Under the pieces are notes generated by a model. It made no database searches and had not been told where the DNA came from. It saw only the letters and a list, made by a program, of their open reading frames with translations. Of a DNA stretch of 64,000 nt, positions 13,417 through 24,781 are shown piece after piece. Origin of the DNA: Octopus vulgaris. Lineage: Eukaryota. The stretch is from assembly GCA_951406725.2 (NCBI GenBank), contig OX597828.1, forward strand, positions 66,836,001 through 66,900,000, written 5' to 3'. The translations under genes and the position numbers were made by a program. Numbering within the stretch: position 1 is the stretch's first letter; each line of letters starts with the position of its first letter.

Positions 13417-13730
13417 AAATTTAGAGGATTGACCACTAAACGATTACCTATGTACTAATTAGTACATAGGTAATCGTTTTTTATTTCGTATATTTTCATT
13501 TGTCTTGCTTGTTTTTATACTTTGTTTTTTGCTGGATTTTTTCTTGAGAACACATTCTCTGTGGAAAATGGTGATTTTGACGTCTATTTCTAGCATACGG
13601 GCTATCCACTTTTAATGGTCAATCCTCTAAATTTAGTATGTAAAAAATTTTTTAATCTTCGGATTTTTAAAAATATGCTAGGCCACTGATTTTAATTGAT
13701 TAATATCAATTTCTACCCTTATTTAATTTT
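13417..13730. mobile_element. Fold-back repeat with nested perfect palindrome; reverse copy at about 48590-48750
   Basis: 24-bp inverted repeat 13417-13440 / 13611-13634, perfect 42-bp palindrome 13438-13479, tail ending in (TA)n. Confidence 0.62.
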
Positions 13731-14572
13731 ATATATATATATATATTTAAAGGGTAAAGACCCCCTTTTGTCATGAATGACCATGGGATTCCACCTAGAA
13801 AGTTACCCTCCCAGGCACAAGTTTGGGCAAGATTGTTTATGAAAGACCAGCAGTTGTCCATGCATACAAGTCTTCCCTCTCCATGCCACCAATGGTATGA
13901 AAGGGAAAGGCAAAGGGGCCAATACAGCTTGGCACCAATAATGTTGCAACTCATTTCTATAGCTGAGTGAACTGGGGCAGTGTGAAATAAAGTGTCTTGC
14001 TCAAGGACACAACACACAGCCTGATCCACGAATCCAACTTATTACCTCATGGTCGTGAGCATGACACTCTAACCACTGAACCATGTGCCTTATATATGGG
14101 TATGTACCCGAATGCATATGATGAACTTCTTTCTGTTCGTGTCTGCCAAATCTACTTACAAAGCGTTGATTGACCTGGAGCTATAAGAGAAGACACTTGC
14201 CCAAGGATCCACACAGAGGAACTGAATCTGAAATGATGTAGTTGGGAAGCAGCATGAGTGTGTGGGTGTATTATACATGTTTGTATATGCATGAGAGACA
14301 TGAAGAGAGAATTTTCAAGAAACAAAATCTGGCCCCTGTGCCGGTGGCACGTAAAAAGCACCCACTACACTCTTGGAGTGGTTGGCATTAGGAAGGGCAT
14401 CCAGATGTAGAAACTCTGCCAGATCAGACTGGTGCCTGGTGCAGCCTCCTGGCTTCCCAGACCCTGGTCGAACCGTCCAACCCATGCTAGCACAGAAAAC
14501 AAACGTTAAATGATGATGATGATGATGATAAAATGTGTACTCTGTTCTGATGTGTGTATATTTTCCTTGCAG

Positions 14573-14685
14573 ATCCTGTCTGAATTTGGTAGAAGAAACT
14601 TCTGTAGCTATTCAAGAAGAACTGGATTTAATTGAAGCATTATCAATTCTTGGGGAGTTTGAAATCACTGTCTTACCTCTGCAAC
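14573..14685 (+). CDS. NBAS: NBAS exon 12: SCLNLVEETSVAIQEELDLIEALSILGEFEITVLPLQ
   Basis: ccttgcag acceptor; weak donor c|gttggt required by phase of the next exon. Confidence 0.9.
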
Positions 14686-15946
14686 GTTGGTTCTATATTT
14701 TATATTTTTAGCTGTATTTTCTGAATGTCTTTTCCTGTCTGTCTAAATGTTTTACTAAATTTGTATGGTCTGAATAAATATCTTACCTGTTTAACTATAA
14801 ATCTCTCTCTCTCATGTAATCATGTGTTAAATATCCTGGATTCTCCTGTCATTAGGGACAGGTGAAGGTTCTGTAACTTCGTGTTGAATAACCTGTGCTG
14901 GTGATTTGTTTATAGGAATCAAATCTTTGTACTGTACATTAGCTCACTTCCTCCATGAAGTCTGTACAGGAGCACAGTGGGCCACAAGCTGGATGTCAGA
15001 GTGATTGCAGAGCAGACTGAAGTGAAGTCTTTTGCTCAAGAACAGAACAGACCCCCGCAGTCTAGGAATCAAACCCACAATTTTGCAATAGTGAATGCAA
15101 CATCCTAACTACTAGGCCATGTGTGTCCACGCCATACATACAAGCAGGAAAAATTATACACTCTCAGATATGATATAAAGACTTAAAATATATATCACAG
15201 CAGAGTTAATTTAATGAGAGATATTGTGTTCATCATCATCATCATCGTTTAACGTCCATTTTCCATGCTAGCATGGGTTAGACGGTTCGACCGGGGTCTG
15301 GGAAGCCAGGAGGCTCCACCAGGTCCAGTCTAATCTGGCAGTGTTTCTACTGCTGGATGCCCTTCCTAATGCCAACCACTCCATGGGTGTAGTGGGTGCT
15401 TTTTATGTGCCACTGGCACAGGTGCCAGGGGAGGCTGGCAACGACCATGATCGGATTGGTGCATTTTACATGCCACCGGCACGGACGCCAGTAAAAGTGG
15501 CGCTGGCATCGGCCGTGTTTGGATGGTGATTCTTACGTGCCACCGGCACAGGGATCACAACTACATTTTCCATTGATTTTTGATGTTGATGTACTTGACT
15601 CAATAGGTCTCCTCAAGCACAGGGTCGAAATGGTGTTTCTTTACTTGCCACCTGCACAGGAGTCAGTCCAGCAGCACTGGCAACTGCCGGGTGCCAGTCA
15701 TAGGATTTGGTTCAATTTCGATTTCTGTGTTATACAGAAGAATTCAGTCCCATAATGAATAATGTAAATGATCAATAGCAAATTGGCCACATAATTTAAT
15801 CTTTGATGCAATAATTAAAAATCTTAAATGAATACTGATTCTCTTTTCTAATTCACAAACTATCCACAAACACATATTAACAATTTTAAAATGTCTACTA
15901 ATATAAATAAGTGGCATGCTAAAGGAAAACTTTCCTCTTCTTGCAG

Positions 15947-16026
15947 TTCGACTTGAAAAGAATAGACTGAAGTATGTTGAAGCAGCTCTCAATAGTCGTT
16001 CCAATTCTTACCAACTTTCAGACAAA
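15947..16026 (+). CDS. NBAS: NBAS exon 13: (L)RLEKNRLKYVEAALNSRSNSYQLSDK
   Basis: cttgcag acceptor, aaa|gtaagt donor. Confidence 0.9.
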
Positions 16027-16386
16027 GTAAGTTGATGTTGTTGTTGTTGTTGTTTAGCTTCCAGTTAGCCTTGACTGAACAGATCTGTGATCAAAATTGA
16101 CATTCACCTTTTGCAGTTAAAGAATATATATTTTAAAAACATTTGTGTTTCAGTAGAGACTGTAGAATCATTAACCCACTCACTTTCAAATTAAACCCTT
16201 TCTTTCTTTCATTAGAACAAAGTCTAAGTTTAGTTTTAAATTTGATGTATTAACCCTTTTGTTACCAACCTGGCTGAAACCGGATCTGGCTCTGAGTACA
16301 AATGTCTTGTTTTCATAAGTTTTGAATCTAATCAAATTTTTAAGAAGCTTGTTACTCTAACTGCTGACTATATTTTCCAATTCCAG

Positions 16387-16479
16387 CTTCTTCAGCTAGC
16401 GAAACTATTGAGGGTTTCAGTGGATGATGCAGAAATCGAAGGTCAAGTGTACAAATTAATTGCAGAAAAGGCATTGGAT
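16387..16479 (+). CDS. NBAS: NBAS exon 14: LLQLAKLLRVSVDDAEIEGQVYKLIAEKALD
   Basis: ttccag acceptor, gat|gtgagt donor; LL.LA.LLRV motif. Confidence 0.92.
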
Positions 16480-16585
16480 GTGAGTGTACTTGTTTTTTGC
16501 TTTTTATTATTTTGCTTAACTGTTTTGAATACCTGTAGCAGTCTTTAGGTTACCATGGTAATAGAAATTAGGCAAGGTAATAGAA

Positions 16586-16876
16586 GGCGGCGAGCTGGCA
16601 GAAATGTTAGCATGCCGGGCGAAATGCGTAGCCGTATTTCATCTGCCGTTACGTTCTGAGTTCAAATTCCGCCAAGGTCGACTTTGCCTTTCATCCTTTC
16701 GGGGTCGATAAATTAAGTACCAGTTACGCACTGGGGTTGATATAATCGACTTAATCCGTTTGTCTGTCCTTCTTTGTCCTCTCTGTGTTTAGCCCCTTGT
16801 GAGTAGTGAAGAAATAGGTATACCCAAAAGGTTGATACCCCTCTATGTTTAGCCCCTTGTGGGCAGTAAAGAAATA
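16586..16876 (+). mobile_element. SINE family B. Other copies: 10568-10723(+), 21188-21357(+), 30359-30565(-), 35277-35507(-), 30640-30860(-), 26705-27280(-)
   Basis: ggcggcgagctggcagaa head, B-box gagttcaaattcc, conserved gcctttcatcctttcggggtcgataaattaagtaccag domain; aggtaatagaa TSD. Confidence 0.85.
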
Positions 16877-17541
16877 GGTAATAGAAATTATTACTTGCAG
16901 CCATTCATCTACATGGTTCATGGATGTCATAATAGAGGTGTTCCTATAGCTAATTACTCCAGAGGTGGGAATAAAATGAAGAGTCCAACCCTTGAGCATT
17001 CAGATTTTCCTTTCAAATGTGATGCTCATTTATGTACATTGTTTTGAATTAATCATGCAATATCTCATAGCTTCAAGATTTTGATGATGTGAGTGTTTAT
17101 AGAAGAACACTGTAGGGTAGGTGCGAGAGGCCAGATGCAGTCAGTTTGAACATAAAACATGTAGACCGTTTGGGCTGGACATTGCCAGTTTAAATGCTGA
17201 AGGATTAAACATAAAGAAAGATTGATAATTCTTATAGCAAGGCTGATAATTTTGGTTTCAAATCTTGGCACAAGGCCAGCAATTTTTGGGGGAGGGAGTA
17301 CATTGACCCTAGTGGTACTTAATTTATTGACTCTGAAAGGATGAAAAGCAAAGCTGACAACAGCAGAATTTGAACTCAGAAACCAAGATGGATAATAATT
17401 GTATATGTTTTGTTAAGAAATAATAGTTACATGTCTTTAACTTGGGTTCATTCTGCAATTCATCAAAGTTGGGATAGAGTTGCCATGATAGATCGTTAGC
17501 CACTACACACATTTTTTTCTCTCCTTGTTTTTTCTGTGTAC

Positions 17542-17577
17542 CTTTCTGTAGAAGAGCGTAGGCTCAAAACGTAAAAG
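17542..17577 (+). ncRNA. Minimal hammerhead-like motif, probably inactive (G12A)
   Basis: cttt-CTGTAGA-a-gagc(gtag)gctc-AAAA-cg-TA-aaag; stem III palindrome ACGT; same element family as 27461-27496. Confidence 0.55.
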
Positions 17578-17888
17578 ACTTTTTTTTATTCCTGAGCATT
17601 ATACTAATACATCTGTTTGTTTTGTACACCACCTGTCTTCATCTTTTGTTTTTTTTCGTAAACTCTCCCTAAAGTATAGAATAGTTAGATAATTGTTGCA
17701 TTTGCAAATCTCTTCAAGTTTAGGAGACTTTTATGTATAGCAGTCATGCTGCTCTCTCGTTATATAAGCAATTATCAAGATCTTTGAAAATGAGGAAGTT
17801 ACAGAAGTGAATTTTGATTTTGTCAGGGTCAAGGACTTCTGGCAAACTGGCTATTTTGGGGTAAAATGTTATGCTTTATGTTTTGCAG

Positions 17889-18007
17889 GCGAAAGATTAT
17901 ATGAAAGCTTATTATGCCTGCTCTCAGTTGATGGAGAAATCTTATCCACCGGCATGGAGTGTATGTGTAGATTTATCCCAGAATGGTAACTGTGTGTTAG
18001 GAACACG
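17889..18007 (+). CDS. NBAS: NBAS exon 15: AKDYMKAYYACSQLMEKSYPPAWSVCVDLSQNGNCVLGTR
   Basis: ttttgcag acceptor, cg|gtaaga donor; C..LM...YP..W.VC motif. Confidence 0.92.
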
Positions 18008-18063
18008 GTAAGACTTTTGTTTTAATTACCGGTGTCTATTTTAACAAAATTTTTCTTTTAAAA

Positions 18064-18371
18064 TTATGGAGATGTACTTGCATAGCAAGTGACTTGATCT
18101 GAGATCGTGTGCTGGAACGAAAACAATTGCAGCGTGGAAGATGTTTATAAGCCATTTAAGAAATGCACAAAAACCGTTAGATTCACTTCAACATTTAATT
18201 TTAACTTGTCAAAATATTTTCGGCACTTTGAGACCGCGACTTGTTCACTGACAAAACTTCGTGCAGCACGAAATAATGTCAGTTGACAAATTAAATTTAA
18301 ATGTTGAAGTGAATCTAACGGTTTTTGTGTGTTTCTTAAATGGCTTATAAACACCTTCCATGCTGCAATTG
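18064..18371 (-). mobile_element. Fold-back element (PLE pseudo-LTR-like) with hammerhead motif
   Basis: about 95-bp inverted arms (about 18119-18212 / 18283-18376), tail on the left side, 13-bp direct repeat ttttcttttaaaa at 18051-18063 and 18372-18384. Confidence 0.7.
18206..18254 (-). ncRNA. Minimal hammerhead-like motif with G3-C8 swapped core
   Basis: minus strand: ttgtca-GTGAACA-a-gtcgc(ggtctcaaa)gtgcc-GAAA-atat-TT-tgacaa; 6-bp stem I, stem III palindrome AATATT. Confidence 0.65.
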
Positions 18372-18658
18372 TTTTCTTTTAAAAGATAACTATTAATGGG
18401 TGAATTTTATATGACAGTCAGATAGGTTCACCAGCATCATAATCTCATCCTTTTACTTTTTGTTATTTGCTTATAAAGTTGAAAAAAAAAAAAGTTTTTG
18501 AAACCTATTTTTTATGTTTTGATATCAAATGCTTCACCAGTGTCACATGGTATTTCATTATGCAACCATGATATGCTACAAAGTATATTAAATGTTTTTA
18601 TAAGTCAATACCATTTCCTACTGTGTTAGTAGTGCACTTAAATCACACGTTACAGTCA

Positions 18659-18814
18659 TCTCTACAGATTTTCTCTAGAAATTATAGCCAGCACTGATTC
18701 TGTTATGTTTCATATCTGAGACATCTTATTGTTTGTTGACATCTGATGTCTTAGATATGAAATGTTGCAACAGAATTAGTGTTGGCTATAATTTCTATAG
18801 AAACTCTGTAGAGA
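18659..18814. repeat. Imperfect palindrome (about 65-bp arms)
   Basis: tctctacaga...tctgagacatc / gatgtcttaga...tctgtagaga. Confidence 0.75.
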
Positions 18815-18841
18815 ATATTATTTAAATGTTTTATATATATA

Positions 18842-19000
18842 CTAGCAGAGATACCTGGTGTTGCCTGTGTTACATGCAATTGAAGAATTAGACTTTTCTG
18901 TTATATTTTCTGTAATGAACTGGAATTCCTGTTTCGAATTTCATCAAAATTGCAGATGAGGGTTATTTCCCTCTTTACACACCTTAAAAAAAATTGTCAT
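18842..19000 (-). mobile_element. Helitron 3'-end remnant
   Basis: a|ctagcagagatacctggtgttgcc resembles the reverse of the 6120-6147 terminus. Confidence 0.45.
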
Positions 19001-19165
19001 CGTGCCACATGTATCGGTGCAATTGAATGACTGAAACAATTAATAGTTAAAAAAATCAAAAAAACAAATAACTATTACAAATCTGAAAGATTTCAGTGTC
19101 CATAGATGTAAGAGATTGGTAAAACTCTTCAGATGTAATTAACTTTGGAAATTTTTACATTGTAG

Positions 19166-19253
19166 AATTGAACTTCTGGAATTTGCTTTGACTTACTGTG
19201 ATCCTGACCAAATACAATCTATTCTTGATGCCAAAGCTCTCATAGACATTCAG
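19166..19253 (+). CDS. NBAS: NBAS exon 16: IELLEFALTYCDPDQIQSILDAKALIDIQ
   Basis: ttgtag acceptor, cag|gtaaat donor; EL..FALT.C motif. Confidence 0.93.
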
Positions 19254-19413
19254 GTAAATTGATGCGACCATTCATGTCTCTTAGTAGATTCTTTAGACGG
19301 GTTCTTTTTGAAGACATTTTTCTTGAGGCTCAGCTCGTTTCAGTTATGATAGTACAGAAGCTACATTTCAGCTGATTCTTTCTGTGGTCATCTTTCCAAA
19401 TTCTTTAATAACT

Positions 19414-19937
19414 TATGAGGATGGGCTGAAAAGTTCAGACACTGACTATGGACTGATGCTAGAACTATGGAATCTTGCATGCATTAATTTCAACTTTAAC
19501 TTTTCTTATTAACAATTGCTTTGTTTCTTTCCAAATAAACTGATATCTGACTGTTCAAAGAAGACTTCAAAAATAACTAGTAGCAACTTCTCTTGAAAAT
19601 AGACAGAATTTGGCATTGTGGTGTTAGCAAGTATTTGCAGAAAACACGTTGCCAGTACCACCAAACTGGCCCTCGTGCCGGTGGCATGTAAAAGCACCCA
19701 CTATACTCTCGGAGTGGTTGGCGTTAGGAAGGACATCCAGCTGTAGAAACTCTGCCAGATCAGATTGGAGTCTGGTTTGCCAGACCTCAGTCAAATCGTC
19801 CAACCCATGCTAGCATGGAAAGTGGACGTTAAACGATGATGATGATGATGACGACATTAACCCCCAAGGACGTTCAAGCTGACATGATTGCCACATTAGG
19901 GGATGACCTTCCACCTTTATCAACAGTGCAAAAAGTG
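19414..19937 (+). mobile_element. Mariner 5' fragment interrupted by a SINE (19648-19852)
   Basis: TIR-like tatgaggatgggctgaaaagttc; HTH peptide LTPKDVQADMIATLGDDLPPLSTVQK after the SINE. Confidence 0.6.
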
Positions 19938-20113
19938 TCATTAAGAAAAATAGGTTGTTTCCACATAATTTTCCAAAGCTTTTCTCATAAAATTCTAGTT
20001 TCCATGTTTATGCTAGAAAAAAACTATTTCTATGGTGAGTGTGTTTGCAGAAACCATGCTTTTATGTTGTGTCTGTCCTCAATTTCATCATCTTATAATT
20101 CTATCTTTTACAG

Positions 20114-20497
20114 ATGCTCTATGACCAAGTCTGTGCTGAATTTGGCACCATGTCCTCTTCTGATGAAAAACCTTCAAGTATGATAGACAGTACAATAAGT
20201 GACAGTGGAGTGTCAGATTTCTTCACTCCTGAACAAAGTCCTCAAACTTCGATGCATGTCCTCAATCAGACGAAAGATATTTTACTTAGTACAGGGGAAT
20301 TAACAAAAGGCATGTTATCTTCAGTTACCGATGTCAAGTGGTGGCATCACACCATTCATAACCTTGTAAAAATGGTTCCGGTCCAACGCTTAAATTCGAA
20401 TAAGGAACAATTCACTGATGAACAGATTTGGAACTTTGAAAATCAAGCATGCCATCCTTTTTATGGAGAAATCATTGAAAATTGTGTGGTTGACAAG
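20114..20497 (+). CDS. NBAS: NBAS exon 17: MLYDQVCAEFG...NQACHPFYGEIIENCVVDK
   Basis: tttacag acceptor, aag|gtatct donor; 128 codons; CHPFY motif. Confidence 0.92.
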
Positions 20498-20616
20498 GTA
20501 TCTAAATTTTTAATATTCTTCTTTGTAGTTGTTTATTTTATTTGTTAATCTGAGCCAAAGATGCAGAGCCCATAATCTTAGTCTCTCTCAGATTGATTTA
20601 GAGTCTTTCTCTTACT

Positions 20617-20960
20617 AATGAAATACTATCACTGACTGATGCAGTCTACCCATGACTGATGAAGTCTCTCTCTGACTGATGAAATCTATCACTGATAGAT
20701 GTGTTCTGTCTCCGATGGATGCATTCTGTCTCCGATGGATGCATTCTGTCTCCGATGGATGCATTCTGTCTCCGATGGATGCGTTCTGTCTCCGATTGAT
20801 GCGTTCTGTCTCCGATGGATGCATTCCACCTCTGACGGATGCGTTCTGCCTCTGACGGATGCGTTCTGTCTCCAGGTGATGAAGTTTATCTCTGATTAAT
20901 GAATTCTGTATTTGATTTAGTTTATCCATGACTGATGTGATTCCTCTCAGTCTGATGCTG
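20617..20960. repeat. 20-bp minisatellite (GC[A/G]TTCTGTCTCCGATGGAT)
   Basis: 9 well-conserved units at 20701-20880 with increasingly degenerate 20-mers on both flanks. Confidence 0.9.
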
Positions 20961-21602
20961 GCTCTCCCAGGTTGGATTTAGTCTCTTGTGGTATTTCTAC
21001 TACCCTAACATCTAGAATCAAAGCATGTCTTTGTATGAATCATTATAAAAGTAGAGTGAGCAGTGATAATTTTATTTCTGTCAGTACAATATCTAATTAT
21101 TATAGGGTTAGTGATGCAGTTTTCAGCCTGGAAGCACTTGAGTCATCTCTGTAAAGTAACAAAGCATTCATTAATAGAAGGGTGATAATTCCGCCGAGGT
21201 CGACTTTGCCTTTCATCCCTTCGGGGGTGGAGGTGGGGTGGGGGTTGATAAATTAAGTACCAGTTACGCACTGGGGTCGATGTAATCGATCTAATCCCTT
21301 TGTCTGTCCTTGTTTGTCCCCTCTATGTTTAGCCCCTTGCGGGCAATAAAGAAATAAGAAAGTTGATAATTTGTAACTCTTTGATAGACCTGTGTCTGTG
21401 GCACATGCTCTTACATGCAATAGCCCAGTCTCTCTAAGAACAAATAAGTATAAGGACAGAGTACAGGTCACTGCTGTATTCAACATAGGACATTACATAA
21501 CTGGTAAATATATTATTAGCTTGGCAGTGATTTGTTAAAATTCCTCCATGGATACTGTGACATTTTTGGAACTGAAAGTAATGTTTTCTGATTTATTTGT
21601 AG

Positions 21603-21732
21603 AAAATTGCAAATTTTGAGACATTTGAACACCAAGTTCCTGCACTAGTGGAAACTAGTGACATAGTTCTCCGCACGGCTAAATTAAAGGAGACCCTCAC
21701 TGAGGGGAAAGAATACATGCCTGCTACAGAAG
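21603..21732 (+). CDS. NBAS: NBAS exon 18: KIANFETFEHQVPALVETSDIVLRTAKLKETLTEGKEYMPATE
   Basis: ttgtag acceptor, g|gtactt donor; LRT.KL.E motif. Confidence 0.9.
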
Positions 21733-22750
21733 GTACTTTTCTCATTTATTTATCATGTAATAAGAGTATAATGGTAATAGTTTTATACTCATCATCATAT
21801 ATTTTCTCCATCACCACATGTTTGTCATACAAGACTGAGGATGCTCATTCTCACTTGTATGACATCTCAGATATGAAACATCATCATCATCGTTTAACGT
21901 CCTCTTTCCATGCTAGCATGGGTTGGACGGTTCGACTGGGATCTGGGAAGCCAGGAGGCTGCACCAGGCCCAGTCTGATCTGGCAGGGTTTCTACAGCTG
22001 GATGCCCTTCCTAACGCCAATCACTCCATGAGTGTAGTGGGTGCTTTTTATGTGCCACCGGCACAGGTGCCAGGGGAGGCTGGCAACGGCCACGATCGGT
22101 TGGTGCTTTTTATGTGACACCGGTACAGAAGCCAGTCAAGGTGGCACTGGCATCAACCATGTACGGATGGTGCTTTTTACGTGCCACCAGCACAGGTGCC
22201 AGGGTAGGCTGGCAATGGCCACGATCGGTTGGTGGTTTTTACGTGCCACCGACACGGAAAATAAAATGTCCTTCTCAAGGGCACAATGTGCCATCAGGTT
22301 TTGGACTCATGACCTTATGATTGTGAGCCAAATACCCTAACCGCTAAGCTGTGTGCCTTCACTGCCATGTAAACACACACAGTTGCATGCTAAAGAGAAA
22401 TTGATCCCATGATGAGAAATCTGGCTTCATGCGTCTTTAAGAAATTTCTATTATTGTTCTTGTATATTATACCAATGCAGTCTTGTAACTCATTTCTCAT
22501 TTACATTTAGAGTTCTTTCATCGTATTCTCTAATGCTGTTATAATTAAGATCATAATGTACTTACATATTTTCTATTTGCCAACCTGAGAAGACAAAGCA
22601 ATGCCCACTCGGCTTGACTGGAATTGAAGAATTAGGATGGCTGGCTTGTGGAAAATGCACCAACATCATAATTTGTTATACTTTATTTTGTATAAATGTA
22701 ACACTTCTCTTGCTAAGAAATGAATAAAATAATTTTCTTTTCTTTTCTAG

Positions 22751-22827
22751 TGCTTTTGAAACTTGCTGGTGCTACTATTACTACTGACTTCTCATTGGGT
22801 CTTGCTTATCTTCTTGCCTTACCTAAC
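22751..22827 (+). CDS. NBAS: NBAS exon 19: (V)LLKLAGATITTDFSLGLAYLLALPN
   Basis: ttttctag acceptor, aac|gtaagt donor; LAYLLALP motif. Confidence 0.93.
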
Positions 22828-23045
22828 GTAAGTATATTCAATTGAGTTCAATTTAAATATTTTTTTATTTGCCATGATGCTGTTGATTGGCCCAAGATAT
22901 GAAAGAAAAAGAAAATAAACTGGAATTAAAGTCTTCTGACATCTGATTTAATAAAATGCATACATATTTTATAATTCACGAGAGGTCAGTTTTGGTTGGT
23001 CTGAACATAAAAATTGGTAGAATATTTTGGCTAGATATGGCTAGT

Positions 23046-23273
23046 TTAACCCTTTAGCATTCAAACCGGCCATATCTGGCCAAGAGTATTCTGCCTGTTT
23101 TATATTGAAACTGACCAGATCTCACTTCTCACCTCAGTACTACCATGTCATTCTAAAACTAAAAACTCACATCACTGAAATCTCTAAACTACAAGATAAT
23201 ACATGATTAATTCAAAACAATATGAATAAACAAACATCACATTTGAAAAATAATCTGAACACTAAAGGGTTAA
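23046..23273. mobile_element. TTAA-flanked (piggyBac-like) MITE; related copies at 50698-50906, about 37113-37245, 17000-17200, 25570-25660
   Basis: ttaa|ccctttagcattcaaa ... tctgaacactaaaggg|ttaa. Confidence 0.72.
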
Positions 23274-23501
23274 ATGCTAAAGAGTTAAAGGAAATTTGGC
23301 TGCTTTTTCTAGCAAGTCATGTAGCCAAACAGAGAGTGCACACGCTGAGCAAGTAAGGAATTTGTGGAAGGTGAAATGTTTTGTTATATCAAGAAGGTCG
23401 AGTTATGATTTAAGGGGTCGAGTTGTTGTACCTGTTCTGTTTTGTTGTTTATTTCATTGTTGATCTATGTTTTATTTAATCAAATTACGTTTGCCATTCA
23501 G

Positions 23502-23796
23502 ATAGAAGATGCTGACCAGTGTTTCTCTCAACTGCCCAATACTACACTTTCCATCCAACTAGCCAAGTACTACTACTCCATCCAACTCTATAACTACATG
23601 TCACCCCAGATAGTCGGTCGAATGGCTGACGTATTCAAACATCCTCCCAGAGTCGTTGTCGAGACTGTGGAAGAGTTCCTGTCACACAATCCTACTTTAC
23701 CTGCAGACATTCAGAAATGCGTAGAGCGACTCAACTACTACAAAAACTTAATAAAGGACCATGCCCAAGCCAGGTTCCTTCGTGGTTTAGGAAGAG
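23502..23796 (+). CDS. NBAS: NBAS exon 20: IEDADQCFSQLPNTTLSIQLAKYYYSIQLY...DHAQARFLRGLGR
   Basis: cattcag acceptor, g|gtgagt donor; S.QLA.YYYS.Q.Y motif. Confidence 0.94.
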
Positions 23797-23908
23797 GTGA
23801 GTTATTTTCATTTCTTCATTATTTTGACTGCTCCATATTTCTGGTAATAAATGAAGGTTTCAGATTGGGAAAAACTTGTTAGCTTCTCTTTATTGATTAT
23901 ATTCAGAT

Positions 23909-23943
<35 letters not shown>

Positions 23944-24781
23944 CAGTCTTTAGTATATTTGATTATTCAAAAAACTATAGCGACTTAAGTGCAGATGTGG
24001 CTGTGTTGGTTAAGAAGTTTGCTTCCTAACTAAATGGTTCTGGGTTAAGTCCTACTGTAGGGTACCTTAGGAAATTGTTTTCTCCTATAACCCTGGGTCA
24101 ACCAAACCCTTGTGAATGGATTTGGTATATGCAAACCCATTGTACATGAAAGAAGCTCATTTTACATGTGTGCGTGTAAGTGTGTGTATGTATATAAGTG
24201 TGGGTGTGTGTATGTTTGTATCTCCTTTTTGATTCCTAAGCTATTGCAGCAGTACACGATCCTCACCCTAGATGGGACAGCTGAGTCTTTTGGAACGGTG
24301 CAGTGATGTCCAATTCAAGGTCTGGTATAACTCTCAATTTCAGAGTTTGGTGCCAGCCCCTCCAGTATCTTCTACACATATATCTCTGCATACCTCTCAC
24401 GTCTTCGCTCCAGGGAGTAGAGTTGTAGCTCTTTCAATCTCTCCCAGTAGCTCAGCTATTCCATTGATGCAATCTTCCTTGTGTAGTATCGCTGAACTGC
24501 CTCAAGTTCTGCTGTTAATCTTACACTGTAAAGTGACCACAGTTGAGTGAAAGGTGAAAGAGGGAGAGGGAGAGTGTTGCAAAGATTTAAAGAATTAGAA
24601 GTTATGATAATTGGGAACACAAGAATTATGGCAAGTATTTAAAGAGATATGATTTGAAAGCTAATTGAGAAATTAACAAATTACAAATTACGAAAGTTAT
24701 TAATGTTATTTTAACTCAAGTATGTTAGCATGTTCGTATTATAAGTTAGTATTATAAGTAAAATGAATGAATGATGAGTGA

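Noticed and set aside
20655-20690. CTGATGA...GAAA hammerhead-like string in the minisatellite flank
   Set aside because: Stem II is out of register with GAAA and there is no stem I; it arises from the repeat unit.
20701-20880. CRISPR-like array or repeat-protein ORFs (20615-20929, 20699-20899)
   Set aside because: Head-to-tail 20-mers without unique spacers, in a eukaryotic intron; the ORFs are by-products of the repeat.
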